A stretch of 64,000 nucleotides of DNA, taken from Thermoanaerobaculia bacterium (GTDB lineage Bacteria; Acidobacteriota; Thermoanaerobaculia; Multivoradales; UBA5704). Position 1 is the stretch's first letter. Each line of letters opens with the position of its first letter. Location of the stretch: contig JBGAGQ010000014.1 of NCBI GenBank assembly GCA_044226625.1, positions 41,329 to 105,328 on the forward strand, given 5' to 3'. The notes under the pieces are model-generated. The model worked only from the letters and a program-made list of their open reading frames with translations, did no database searches and was not told the origin of the DNA. This document shows, piece after piece, positions 25,187-34,871 of the stretch. A program made the position numbers and the translations under genes.

Positions 25187-27720
25187 GAGGAAGCCGACGC
25201 GGCGTCGCCCACGGCGCCGGCCGCGATCCCCTGGGGCAGGGACATCGGCGACGCGTCCCCCTCCGGAGCGGCGGCCGCTTCCGAGCTCGCGGCATCGGCA
25301 GGCGCGGCCGGCGGGGCGCCCGCTTCCGCGCCCGGTCCGGCCGGCGCCGGCAACAGCGCGTAGTCGAGCACCTCGCCCATGTGCTCGACGAAGTGGAAGG
25401 TGAGCCCCTCCTGGATCGCCGCGGGAACCTCGGTAAGGTCGCGCCGGTTGAGCTTGGGAATCAGGATGACGTGGATTCCCGCGAGCTTCGCCGCGAGTAC
25501 TTTCTCTTTCAATCCGCCGATCGGCAGGACGTCGCCGCGCAGCGTGATCTCCCCGGTCATCGCGACCCGTCGATGGATCGGACGACCGGTGAGCACGGAG
25601 AGGACGGCGGCCCCGATCGTGATGCCGGCCGACGGTCCATCTTTGGGGATCGACCCGGCGGGTACGTGGACGTGCAGGTCGCGTTTGGCGAACCAGTCCT
25701 CGGCGAGGCCGTGCTCCGCCGCGTAAGCTCGGGCGTACGAGAGGGCCGCCTGGGCGGACTCTTTCATCACCTCGCCGAGCTGGCCGGTGAGGAGCAGATG
25801 CCCCTTGCCCGGCACGGCGATCACCTCGATGAACAGGAGGTCACCCCCCGCGGCGGTCCAGGCGAGCCCGGTTGCCACCCCGACCCGATCGCGATCGAGG
25901 AGCTCTTCGTTGAAATGTTTACGCGGCCCGAGGAAGCTTTCGACCTGCGCGGGGTCGAGCAGGACCGTCGAGTCGTCGCCGCGCGCGACGCGGACGGCGA
26001 CCTTTCGGCAGACCGCCGCGAGCTCGCGCTCGAGATTTCGCAGGCCGGCTTCCTTCGTGTAATCCGAGATGATCTTGCGCAGCCCTGCCTCGGGCAGGTC
26101 GACATGGCGCTCCTCGAGCCCGTTCTCCTTGAGCTGTTTCGGGATCAGGTGGCGGCGCGCGATCTCGAGCTTTTCCTCTTCGGTGTAGCCGGAGAGGCGG
26201 ATCACCTCCATCCGGTCGAGGAAGGCGGGCTGAATCGGATCGAGCATGTTCGCGGTCGCGATGAACAGCACCCGCGAGAGGTCGTACGGGATCCCGAGGT
26301 AGTGATCGACGAAGGCGTTGTTCTGCTCCGGGTCGAGCACCTCCAGCAGCGCCGACGACGGATCGCCGCGGAAATCCGCGCCGATCTTGTCGATCTCGTC
26401 GAGCACGAAGACCGGGTTCGAGGTGCCGGCCTGGCGCACCCCCTGGAGGATGCGGCCGGGAAGCGCCCCCACGTAGGTGCGCCGATGGCCGCGCACCTCC
26501 GCCTCGTCGCGCACGCCGCCGAGGGAGATTCGGACGAACTGGCGTCCCATGGCGCGGGCGATCGAGCGCCCGAGCGAGGTTTTGCCGACCCCCGGGGGAC
26601 CGACGAAGCAGAGGATCGGTCCACGGGTGTCGGCTTTGAGCTTGCGCACCGCGAGGAACTCGAGGATGCGCTCTTTGATCTTTTCGAGGTCGAAGTGGTC
26701 CTCGTCGAGGACCTGCCGGCCGTGGTCGAGATCGAGGTCGTCGACCGAGGTCGTGGCCCAGGGGAGTGCGGTGAGCCAATCGAGGTAGGTGCGGATGATC
26801 TGCGTCTCCGCGCTCTCCGGATGGCTCCGCTCGAGGCGGCGGATCTGCCGCTCCAGCTCTTCCTTGCCCTCGTCGGAGAGCCCCCTCTCCTCGGCGAGCT
26901 TGCGGTAGTTGGCGACCTCTTCGGCGAGCTCTTCGCCTTCGCCGAGCTCTTGCTGGATTGCCTTGAGCTGCTGGCGCAGGTAGTACTCGCGCTGGCTCTT
27001 GTCCATCTCGCCGCGCGCCTGCGACGAGATCTCCTGCTGCATCGTGAGCACCTGGATCTCGCGCACCAGGAGGTCGGAGACGCGCTTCAGACGCTCGATC
27101 GGATCGAACGTCTCGAGCAGCTGTTGCGCCTCGTGCGGCTTCAGGTCGAGGTTGCTCGCCGCGAGGTCGGCCAGCCGGCCGGCCTCTTCCAGGTTGGCGG
27201 CGATCACCATCACCTCGGGAGAGATCGATTTGCCGAGCGAGACCGCGCGATCGAGGCTCTCCTTGACCGAGCGGACCAGCGCTTCGGTTTCGAGGGTGCG
27301 CTCGAACGGTACGTCGTCGATCCGCTCGATCTTCGCCTGGAGGTAGGGTTCGGTCTGGCCGATGTGGACCACCCGGGCGCGCGCGAGACCTTGGACCAGG
27401 ATGCGGATGCGGCCATCCGGAAGCTTGAGCATCCGCATGATGATCGCCGCGGTCCCCACCGGATAGAGGTCGGCCTCACCGGGGTTTTCGATCGCGCCGT
27501 CGCGCTGGGCGACGAGCAGGATGACCCGGCTCTCGGCGAGGGCCCGATCGACCGCGAAGACGCTTTTGTCCCTCCCCACCGAGAGCGGCAGGATGATGTA
27601 GGGAAAGATCACCGTGTCCTTGAGCGGCAGCACCGGCAGGACGTCCGGGATCTTGATCGCCTCTTCGTTCGATTCCGAGGGAGGGCGGGTCGGAACGCCG
27701 CTCGTCAGGGCCGTGCTCAT
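25183..27720 (-). CDS. lon: ATP-dependent protease La (LonA)
   Basis: N-domain LPVLPLKDTVIFP, GPPGVGKTS, RRTYVGALPG, DEIDK, PKDGPSAG, PIGGLKEK. Confidence 0.97.
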   Translation of the reverse strand: MSTALTSGVPTRPPSESNEEAIKIPDVLPVLPLKDTVIFPYIILPLSVGRDKSVFAVDRALAESRVILLVAQRDGAIENPGEADLYPVGTAAIIMRMLKLPDGRIRILVQGLARARVVHIGQTEPYLQAKIERIDDVPFERTLETEALVRSVKESLDRAVSLGKSISPEVMVIAANLEEAGRLADLAASNLDLKPHEAQQLLETFDPIERLKRVSDLLVREIQVLTMQQEISSQARGEMDKSQREYYLRQQLKAIQQELGEGEELAEEVANYRKLAEERGLSDEGKEELERQIRRLERSHPESAETQIIRTYLDWLTALPWATTSVDDLDLDHGRQVLDEDHFDLEKIKERILEFLAVRKLKADTRGPILCFVGPPGVGKTSLGRSIARAMGRQFVRISLGGVRDEAEVRGHRRTYVGALPGRILQGVRQAGTSNPVFVLDEIDKIGADFRGDPSSALLEVLDPEQNNAFVDHYLGIPYDLSRVLFIATANMLDPIQPAFLDRMEVIRLSGYTEEEKLEIARRHLIPKQLKENGLEERHVDLPEAGLRKIISDYTKEAGLRNLERELAAVCRKVAVRVARGDDSTVLLDPAQVESFLGPRKHFNEELLDRDRVGVATGLAWTAAGGDLLFIEVIAVPGKGHLLLTGQLGEVMKESAQAALSYARAYAAEHGLAEDWFAKRDLHVHVPAGSIPKDGPSAGITIGAAVLSVLTGRPIHRRVAMTGEITLRGDVLPIGGLKEKVLAAKLAGIHVILIPKLNRRDLTEVPAAIQEGLTFHFVEHMGEVLDYALLPAPAGPGAEAGAPPAAPADAASSEAAAAPEGDASPMSLPQGIAAGAVGDAASASS

Positions 27721-28157
27721 TCCCCCTCCTCGATCGGCACCAGGCGAACCGCCAGTCGCTTCTCTTCGACCTTCGGGAACTCGACGGCGAGCAGGCCGTG
27801 GACCAGCCGCGCCTTGCCCTGGTGGGTATTGACCGGGACGTACAGCTGCACCTCACGGCGAAAACGACCGTGCGACCGTTCGATGCGCTCGAACCGGATC
27901 TTGTCGGAGGGAAGAGGCGTCATCTTGACGCCCGAGATAGCAACTCTCGTGCCGCGTACTTCGATCTTCAAATCCTCGGGCGAGAGGCCGGGCACCTCGA
28001 CCAGGATCAGGATCGAATCGGCCGTCTCGACGATGTCGAGCTCGGGGCACCATTCCGTGGCCGGATCGGTACCCAGCTCGAGCGCCTCCGCGAACAGGCG
28101 ATCCATCTCGGCGTGAAAGCGGGAGATCAACTCGATCGAGGCGATCCGTTTCGCCAC
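27717..28157 (-). CDS. Hsp20/alpha-crystallin small heat-shock protein
   Basis: PELDIVET, EVPGL, ERSHGRFRR, GLLAVEFPK; ATGA overlap with lon. Confidence 0.9.
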   Translation of the reverse strand: MAKRIASIELISRFHAEMDRLFAEALELGTDPATEWCPELDIVETADSILILVEVPGLSPEDLKIEVRGTRVAISGVKMTPLPSDKIRFERIERSHGRFRREVQLYVPVNTHQGKARLVHGLLAVEFPKVEEKRLAVRLVPIEEGE

Positions 28158-28158
28158 G

Positions 28159-28623
28159 CTACTCCCCTTCCTGGCCTTGGATCAGCGTCTGGACGACGTC
28201 GGTGAATGCTCCGATGTCCTCGAACCGGCGGTAGACCGAGGCGAACCGGACGTAGGCCACCTGATCGAGCTCCCGCAGGCGTTCCATCACGAACGCGCCG
28301 ATGTCCCGGGTCGAGATCTCGCGATCCTCGCGCTCGTGGAGGAGCGTCTCGGCGTCGTCGGCGATCCGCTCGAGCTGTTTTCCCGAGACCGGCCGCTTCT
28401 CGCACGCCCGGTAGAGGCCCGCGAGCAGCTTCTTGCGGCTGAACTCCTCGCGCCGGCCGTCGTGCTTGACGACCATGTACGGAATGCCTTCGATCTGCTC
28501 GTAGGAGGTGTAGCGCCGGCCGCACCCCAGGCATTCCCGCCGCCGGCGGATTACGTCACCGTCGCGGCTCTCGCGCGAATCGACCACGCGATCGCGATTT
28601 TCGGAACAGAAGGGGCACCTCAT
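28159..28623 (-). CDS. nrdR: Transcriptional repressor NrdR
   Basis: MRCPFC...VVDSRE...IRRRRECLGCGRRYTSYE, ATP cone, VAYVRFASVY. Confidence 0.97.
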   Translation of the reverse strand: MRCPFCSENRDRVVDSRESRDGDVIRRRRECLGCGRRYTSYEQIEGIPYMVVKHDGRREEFSRKKLLAGLYRACEKRPVSGKQLERIADDAETLLHEREDREISTRDIGAFVMERLRELDQVAYVRFASVYRRFEDIGAFTDVVQTLIQGQEGE

Positions 28624-28633
28624 CGGCGCTCGG

Positions 28634-29980
28634 TCACTCCTTGGCGTGCAGCGCGATGTTCAGGCGCAGCAGCACGCGCTCGAGCGAGGCCGCGTCGCGG
28701 ATGTCGACCTCCAGGTCGCGCACCGCGTCCATCACCCGGTGATCGTCGTCCTCGACCTGGAAGCTCACCAGGAAGCGGCGAGCACGGGCGAAGTCCGCCT
28801 TTTTGAGCGTGAGGTCGATCGAGCGCGACAGCTCGCCGCGGCCGTTCTTGAGCGCCGCTGCCGCCGCGCTTCCGGGAATCGCTCCCGTGCCGGGGATGGA
28901 CGTGATCCCTGGCATGCTGCCGGACGGGATGCCGGGTGAGGTCCCGCCGGTTCCAGCGATCCCGGCGGAAGCCGCGGGCACCGCGCGGGGGCTCGGCAGG
29001 GGAGGCGCGGGCGCGACCCTAGGAGGAGCGGCGGGAGCAGGGCTCGGCGTCGGCCTGGAGGGCGCCGCCGCCTCGCGTCGGATCTTCTCGAGCTCCGACA
29101 AGACGTCCACAGTTCTCCGGCTTCCGGTCGTCGTCCCGACCTTGCTCGGCGTCGCCGGATGCGGAGGCGGGGGCGCCGCGGCGGGGCGGGCGGCCGGAGC
29201 GGGAGCCGCGGCGGCGGGAGGAGGCACGGGCTTGGGCAGCGGAGGAGGCGTCTGGACGGCGGCCGGAGCCGGGCGGGCGGCGGCAGGCGCGGACGGAACG
29301 GCCGGGGCCGCCGCGGGGGGCGGAACGACCGGCTTGGGCAGCGGCGGCGGCGCGGGACGTCCGGCCGCGGGCGCTTGCGTCTCTCCGGGCCGGCCCAGTC
29401 GCTTCTTGAGCGACATCAGCGTCAGCTTAGAGATCCCCTTGAGCGTCTCGAATACGCCGTGGCCGAGCGGCGCCGACGACTCGAAGTGGAGCCAGCCGTT
29501 GCGGTTGAGATTGCGGTTCATCTCGTCGACCGTGCAGATGTCCGGCAGGTCGCGCTTGTTGTATTGAAGGACCAGGGGCAGGCTGTCGGTCGACAGGCCC
29601 ATCTCGGCCAGGTTTTCCTCCAGGTTGCGGAAGGACTCCTGGTTCGCTTGGATCATCGCGCGCTGCGAGTCGGCGACGAAGACGACGCCGTCCACCCCCT
29701 TGAGCACCAACTTCCGGGTCGTGTTGTAGAAGACTTGCCCTGGCACGGTGTAGAGCTGGATGCGGGTGGAGAAGCCGGCGATGGTGCCGACGTCGATCGG
29801 CAGGAGGTCGAAGAACAGCGTACGGTCCGTCTCAGTTTCGAGAGAGACCATCTCACCGCGAGAATCTCCCGCGGTGTGTTTATAGATGTAATGCAGATTG
29901 GTCGTCTTGCCGCACAGGCCCGGGCCGTAATACACGACCTTGGCCGCCATCTGCATCGTGCTGTAGTTGAAGAAAACCAT
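28634..29980 (-). CDS. MglA-like small GTPase with a Pro/Ala-rich linker and an extra C-terminal domain
   Basis: KVVYYGPGLCGKTTNL, DRTLFFD, TVPGQVFY, GVDGVVFVADSQ, QYNKRD; ~190-aa low-complexity linker; ~65-aa C-terminal domain. Confidence 0.88.
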   Translation of the reverse strand: MVFFNYSTMQMAAKVVYYGPGLCGKTTNLHYIYKHTAGDSRGEMVSLETETDRTLFFDLLPIDVGTIAGFSTRIQLYTVPGQVFYNTTRKLVLKGVDGVVFVADSQRAMIQANQESFRNLEENLAEMGLSTDSLPLVLQYNKRDLPDICTVDEMNRNLNRNGWLHFESSAPLGHGVFETLKGISKLTLMSLKKRLGRPGETQAPAAGRPAPPPLPKPVVPPPAAAPAVPSAPAAARPAPAAVQTPPPLPKPVPPPAAAAPAPAARPAAAPPPPHPATPSKVGTTTGSRRTVDVLSELEKIRREAAAPSRPTPSPAPAAPPRVAPAPPLPSPRAVPAASAGIAGTGGTSPGIPSGSMPGITSIPGTGAIPGSAAAAALKNGRGELSRSIDLTLKKADFARARRFLVSFQVEDDDHRVMDAVRDLEVDIRDAASLERVLLRLNIALHAKE

Positions 29981-30115
29981 ATTCCGGCCGACCTCGGGGA
30001 CGGGTCGGGGAGCATAGCACCAATGGTGTCGGTAAGAAGCCGCCCCCAGGTGGGGGCTCCCGCCCCTCCCCTTGGGGGCGGGTGGCGATCCCGGGCGGTC
30101 CGCCGAACGACGGAC

Positions 30116-30946
30116 TCAGCTTTCCAGGAGCATCTGGAGCAGCTGGCGCCGTTCGGCGGTCATCGGCTCGACCCTGCCGCGCTGGCGGAGCGTCTCGGCG
30201 GCGAGGCCGCGGACCCACGGGGGCATCTCCGGGGCGATCTTCGCGAGCTCGGCGAGCTGGGCAAGCACGGTCTCCCGATCGCCGCGCGCGGCCGGGCCGG
30301 TGATGGCGCGGGCGGGGTCCCGGGCCTCCCGTGCGGCTTCGACCGCGCCGCGGGCGAGCTCCAGGTAGCCGCCGACCGCGCCGGGCGGAAGTCCTAGCCG
30401 GCCCGCGAGGTCGGCCGCCGCGGCGAGCAGCGTGGTGACCCCCCCGGCGGCGAGGGTCGCGGCGAAGTGGTAGAGGAGCCGCGCCTCTTCGGGGATGGCG
30501 CCGCTCTCTGCGCCCCAGGCCAGCGCGAGGCGCTCGCCGACGGCGATCGCCTCCGGATCGCCGTCGAGGCCGAAGAAGATGCCCCGCGCCTCGCCCGAAT
30601 CCGAGCGGACGGTCGGAAAAGCCTTGAGCGGATGGAACGAGCCGATCGCCGAGCCGCCCGTCCCGATCGGCGCCAGCGCCCGGAACGTCCGGCTGCCCGA
30701 GGTGTGGAGGACGACCCGCGCCTGCGGCCGCTCGGCGAGCCGTTCGGCGACCCGGTCGAGGACGCCGTCCGGAACCGCGATCAGGAGCAGGTCCTGGCCG
30801 GCGCTCGACAGGTCCTCGCCCCGGCCCGCGACCGCCACCTGCCGCGCCCCCGCCGAGGTCGCCCAGGCCGCCAGGCTCTGGCCGACCCGCCCCGGTCCGA
30901 CCAGGGAGAAGGAGAAATTCGCGAGCTGTCGGTCGGGAGAGGGCAC
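30116..30946 (-). CDS. Rossmann-like + DUF2520 domain protein (PanG/ketopantoate-reductase-like)
   Basis: VGPGRVG, LIAVPD, HTSG, FHPL, YHFAA, TGPAARGD. GTG start 30946 is preceded by TTGCCA-N18-TATTGT. Confidence 0.85.
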   Translation of the reverse strand: MPSPDRQLANFSFSLVGPGRVGQSLAAWATSAGARQVAVAGRGEDLSSAGQDLLLIAVPDGVLDRVAERLAERPQARVVLHTSGSRTFRALAPIGTGGSAIGSFHPLKAFPTVRSDSGEARGIFFGLDGDPEAIAVGERLALAWGAESGAIPEEARLLYHFAATLAAGGVTTLLAAAADLAGRLGLPPGAVGGYLELARGAVEAAREARDPARAITGPAARGDRETVLAQLAELAKIAPEMPPWVRGLAAETLRQRGRVEPMTAERRQLLQMLLES

Positions 30947-31072
30947 TGAGCTACAATATGGGCGCTTTTCGATGCATGGCAAGAGGCGCATGCCCGAACC
31001 GAAAGGTCCTCTCTTTCCTTGAAGATCGATGAAGCCTCGACATCCGCGACCAGCCGATTCGCCGAACTGACC

Positions 31073-32146
31073 ATGGCCGACCGACCCCACCCCAAGAAGA
31101 CCCAGCCCAAGCTCTCGGCGCGCGATCGCGAGATCTTGAAGAAGGTGGTGGCCTCCTACGTGCTGTCGGCCGAGCCGGTTTCGTCTCGGACGGTGGCCAA
31201 GCAGGGAGAGCTGGGCCTTTCGGCGGCGACGATCCGCAACGTCATGGCGGACCTCGAGGAGTGGGGCTATCTCGTTCAGCCGCACACTTCCGCCGGCCGG
31301 GTTCCCACGCGGAGCGCCTATCGGATGTTCGTCGACTCTCTGATGGAGGCGCGGCCCGTGCCGGTCCGACAGCGGCGATACATCGAGGGGCAACTCGGAC
31401 CCGGCGACCCGGAACAGATCATGAGCTCGGCGTCGCACCTGCTGTCCGAGCTGTCGCATCAGGTTGGACTCGTCGTGACGCCTTCGATCGCCGAAACCAT
31501 CCTCGCCTCGGTCGAGTTCGTACCGCTCTCGGGGCGAAAGGTCCTCTGCGTGCTGGTCTCGACCTCCGGATTCACGGAGACCAAGGTGATCGAGGTCGCG
31601 GAGGTCGTGCCGCGCGAAGACTTGGTGCGGATCTCCAATTACCTGTCGGAGAACTTCTCCGGTTCGTCGATCCGGGAGGCGCGCGACCGGCTGCTGCGGA
31701 TGTTGGCCGAAGAGAGAGCGCAGATGGACCGCCAGCTCGCCCTAGCAATCGAGCTCGCCCGACACGCCCTCGACATCCACGCCGGTCCTGGGGTTCTGGT
31801 GGACGGCACCTCCGAGGTCCTCGCACAGCCCGAGCTGGCCGACATCGGCCGGGTCCGCCGGATGTTCGACACCTTCGCCGACAAGGCGCGTCTGGTGTCG
31901 ATCCTCTCGCGTTGCCTCCAGGGGGGCGGCGTGCGAGTCTGGATCGGTGCCGACAGCGACCTGACCTCGGAGCTCGATTTCAGTCTGGTTGCGACCACCT
32001 ACGGCGTCGGTGAGCGGCCGCTCGGCACGCTCGGCGTCCTCGGACCGTCGCGGATGGAATACGAGAGGGTGATCCCGCTGGTCGACTACCTGGGCGAGGC
32101 GCTGTCGCGCGCGCTCGGGGAAACTCTCGGCGGCCGCGCCGAATGA
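31073..32146 (+). CDS. hrcA: Heat-inducible transcription repressor HrcA
   Basis: EPVSSRT, LSAATIRNVMADLEEWGYLVQPHTSAGRVPT, GVLGPSRMEY. Confidence 0.96.
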   Translation: MADRPHPKKTQPKLSARDREILKKVVASYVLSAEPVSSRTVAKQGELGLSAATIRNVMADLEEWGYLVQPHTSAGRVPTRSAYRMFVDSLMEARPVPVRQRRYIEGQLGPGDPEQIMSSASHLLSELSHQVGLVVTPSIAETILASVEFVPLSGRKVLCVLVSTSGFTETKVIEVAEVVPREDLVRISNYLSENFSGSSIREARDRLLRMLAEERAQMDRQLALAIELARHALDIHAGPGVLVDGTSEVLAQPELADIGRVRRMFDTFADKARLVSILSRCLQGGGVRVWIGADSDLTSELDFSLVATTYGVGERPLGTLGVLGPSRMEYERVIPLVDYLGEALSRALGETLGGRAE

Positions 32147-32211
32147 CGTACCGCGAGAGCTCCACCTCCAGGCCTGGAATCGCGGGCTCGGAGCTTTGGT
32201 TTAGGAACGGT

Positions 32212-32227
32212 TCGAACAGAGGTTCGA
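32212..32227. promoter_or_regulatory. Perfect palindrome TCGAAC-N4-GTTCGA (LexA/SOS-box-like) upstream of grpE
   Basis: tcgaac agag gttcga in the 145-bp hrcA-grpE intergenic region. Confidence 0.4.
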
Positions 32228-32291
32228 GCCGAGCGTCGGATGGCAGAGTTGGAACGCAGAGCTAGAAAGAAGAGCTGGAGAGCAGATAAGA

Positions 32292-32933
32292 ATGGCGAAC
32301 GACGAAACGAACGACAGGGGCGCGACCGAGTTGGACCTGGATGCCGACGGCAGTCCGGACCTCGCGGCGGCGATCGAGCAGGCGGTGGCCGCCGTGGAAG
32401 GGGTGGAGTCGGCCGCCAAGGCGGGAACGCGCGGCACGGCGGAGCTCGAAGCCGAGAACTCCCGATTGAGCCGCGAGCTTGAAGAGCTGCGTTCCCGTTC
32501 GGTCCGAACCCTGGCCGACTTCGACAACTTCCGCAAGCGCAACGAGCGCGAACGCGACGAGATCCGGCGCTACGCCGCGACCGAGGCGATCCGCGAGTTC
32601 GTCGGCGTGGTCGACAATCTCGAGCGCGCGGTTCAAGCCGGAGGCTCGGCCGACGATTTGAAGCGGGGCGTGGAGCTGATCGCCCGTCAGATGCAGGAGG
32701 CCTTGCGCCGGGTCGGGGTGCAGGAGGTCGTGTCGGAGGGAGCTCCCTTCGATCCTGCGGTCCACGAGGCGGTCTCTCGCGAGGAGAGCGCCGGGGTCAC
32801 GTCGCCGACCGTGGTGGCGGCGTTGCAGCGTGGCTACATGCTCCACGACAGGCTGCTGCGACCGGCGATGGTTCGCGTGGCGGTGCCGATCGAAAAGGTG
32901 GGGGCGAAGGCTTCGGAGGCGGGCGAGGCGTGA
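32292..32933 (+). CDS. grpE: Nucleotide exchange factor GrpE
   Basis: ADFDNFRKR, VDNLERA, FDPAVHEAV, QRGYMLHDRLLRPAMVRV. Confidence 0.96.
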   Translation: MANDETNDRGATELDLDADGSPDLAAAIEQAVAAVEGVESAAKAGTRGTAELEAENSRLSRELEELRSRSVRTLADFDNFRKRNERERDEIRRYAATEAIREFVGVVDNLERAVQAGGSADDLKRGVELIARQMQEALRRVGVQEVVSEGAPFDPAVHEAVSREESAGVTSPTVVAALQRGYMLHDRLLRPAMVRVAVPIEKVGAKASEAGEA

Positions 32934-32991
32934 CGCGACGGCCTGCGACGACCGAGGGCTCGGCCTTGCGCGCCGGGGTGGGGGGTGACGC

Positions 32992-34815
32992 TTGAGCAAG
33001 ATCCTGGGCATCGACCTCGGAACGACGAACAGCTGCGTCGCGATCGTCGAGGCGCTCGCGCCGCGCGTGCTCGCAAACCGCGAGGGGAGCCGCACGACTC
33101 CCTCGATCGTCGCGTTCGCCGAAGAGGGAGATCGGTTGGTGGGGCAGATCGCGAAACGCCAGGCGATCACCAACCCGCAGAACACGATCTTCGCGGTCAA
33201 GCGGCTGATCGGCAGGAAACATGGATCGCCCGAGGTGACCCGTGCCCGTGAGGTCTTGCCCTACAACCTCGTGCCGTCCAACAACGGCGACGTCAAGATC
33301 GAGATTCGTGATCGCAACTACAGCCCCGAGGAGATCTCGGCTTTCGTCCTGCGCGAGATCAAGGAGTTCTGCGAGGAGACGCTCGGCGAGCCGATCCGCG
33401 AGGCGGTGATCACGGTGCCGGCCTATTTCGACGACTCGCAGCGCCAGGCGACGAAGGACGCCGGCCGCATCGCGGGGCTCGAAGTACTGCGGATCCTGAA
33501 CGAGCCGACCGCCGCGGCGCTCGCCTACGGTCTCGACAAGACTCAGGTGGGCAAAAAGATCGTCGTCTACGACCTCGGCGGAGGCACGTTCGACGTCTCG
33601 GTCCTCGAGCTCGCCCAGGGGGTGTTCGAGGTCCGCTCGACGGCGGGCGACACCTATCTCGGCGGCGAGGACTTCGATCTCAAGATCATGGATTGGCTGA
33701 TCGAGGAGTTCCTGGCCGAGACCGGCATCGACTTGCGGCACGACCGGATGGCGCTCCAGCGTCTGAAGGAAGGGGCCGAGCGGGCGAAGTGCGAGCTGTC
33801 GAACGGCGAGGAAGCCTCGATCAACCTGCCGTTCATCTCGGCCGACGAGAACGGCCCGAGGCATCTCGCGCGGACCCTCACTCGCAGCCATTTCGAGGCG
33901 CTCGTCCACGAGTTGGTCGAACGCACCGAAGGTCCCTGTCTGGACGCCCTTCGATCGGCGGCGCTGCGCGCGGACCAGATCGACGAGGTCCTCCTGGTCG
34001 GTGGCCAGACACGGACGCCGCTGGTCATTCGCACGGTCGAGCGGATCTTCGGCCGCTCGCCGAACCGCGAGATCAATCCGGACGAGGTGGTGGCGATCGG
34101 CGCGGCGATCCAGGGCGGCATCCTGCGCGGCGACATCAAGGACCTCGTGCTGCTCGACGTCACGCCTCTTTCGATCGGTGTCGAGACCCACGGCGGCCTG
34201 TTCACCAAACTGATCGAGCGCAACTCGACGATCCCGACCAAGAACACGCAGATCTTCACCACGGTCGCCGACAACCAAGACACGGTGGCGATCCATGCCC
34301 TCCAGGGCGAGCGGCAGTTCGCCGCGGAAAACCGTTCGCTCGGCCGGTTCGAGCTGGTGGGCATTCCGGCCGCGCCGCGGGGAACGCCGCAGATCGAGGT
34401 GACGTTCGCGATCGATTCGAACGGCATCGTGAGCGTGACCGCGCGGGACCTCGCGACGAACCTCACCCAGACGATTCAGATCAATCCGGCCGGCGGTCTT
34501 TCCGAGGGAGAGATCAAGCGTCTGGTCGACGAGGCCGAGACGAACGCCAAGAGCGACCTCGAACGGCGCGAGATTCGGCAGCTGAAGAATCGGCTGGAAG
34601 GTCTCATCTACAGCAACGAGCGAGTTTTCGAACAGTTCAGCGACATGCTCCCGGAAGACGACCGCCAGCGCATTCACGACGCCATCCTGCAGGCCCGGGT
34701 GGCGATCGCCAACGAGCAGCGGGCGGACATCGAAGGGGCTCTCTACGACCTCACCTCGGTTTCGCGCGTGTTGTCCGACGCGATGTTGAACCGGGCGAGC
34801 GGCGCGGCCGGTTGA
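32992..34815 (+). CDS. dnaK: Hsp70 chaperone DnaK (607 aa, lacks the acidic C-terminal tail)
   Basis: GIDLGTTNS, TVPAYF, NEPTAAALAYG, DLGGGTFD, LLDVTPLS, PQIEVTF; TTG start. Confidence 0.93.
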   Translation: MSKILGIDLGTTNSCVAIVEALAPRVLANREGSRTTPSIVAFAEEGDRLVGQIAKRQAITNPQNTIFAVKRLIGRKHGSPEVTRAREVLPYNLVPSNNGDVKIEIRDRNYSPEEISAFVLREIKEFCEETLGEPIREAVITVPAYFDDSQRQATKDAGRIAGLEVLRILNEPTAAALAYGLDKTQVGKKIVVYDLGGGTFDVSVLELAQGVFEVRSTAGDTYLGGEDFDLKIMDWLIEEFLAETGIDLRHDRMALQRLKEGAERAKCELSNGEEASINLPFISADENGPRHLARTLTRSHFEALVHELVERTEGPCLDALRSAALRADQIDEVLLVGGQTRTPLVIRTVERIFGRSPNREINPDEVVAIGAAIQGGILRGDIKDLVLLDVTPLSIGVETHGGLFTKLIERNSTIPTKNTQIFTTVADNQDTVAIHALQGERQFAAENRSLGRFELVGIPAAPRGTPQIEVTFAIDSNGIVSVTARDLATNLTQTIQINPAGGLSEGEIKRLVDEAETNAKSDLERREIRQLKNRLEGLIYSNERVFEQFSDMLPEDDRQRIHDAILQARVAIANEQRADIEGALYDLTSVSRVLSDAMLNRASGAAG

Positions 34816-34871
34816 AACGCGCGAACGTTCGACTTTAGCCACAAAAAGATCGAAGGAAGACGGGGCCAGGG

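Noticed and set aside
14171-28116. Long antisense or alternate-frame ORFs such as 14171..17101, 19830..22583 and 25381..28116 (and similar ones elsewhere, e.g. 58115..60706)
   Set aside because: These are shadow ORFs typical of high-GC DNA. They are Arg/Pro/Gly-rich, have no motifs and lie over well-supported genes.
30947-31459. Extension of the DUF2520 ORF to 31459
   Set aside because: It overlaps hrcA on the opposite strand; promoter spacing supports GTG 30946.
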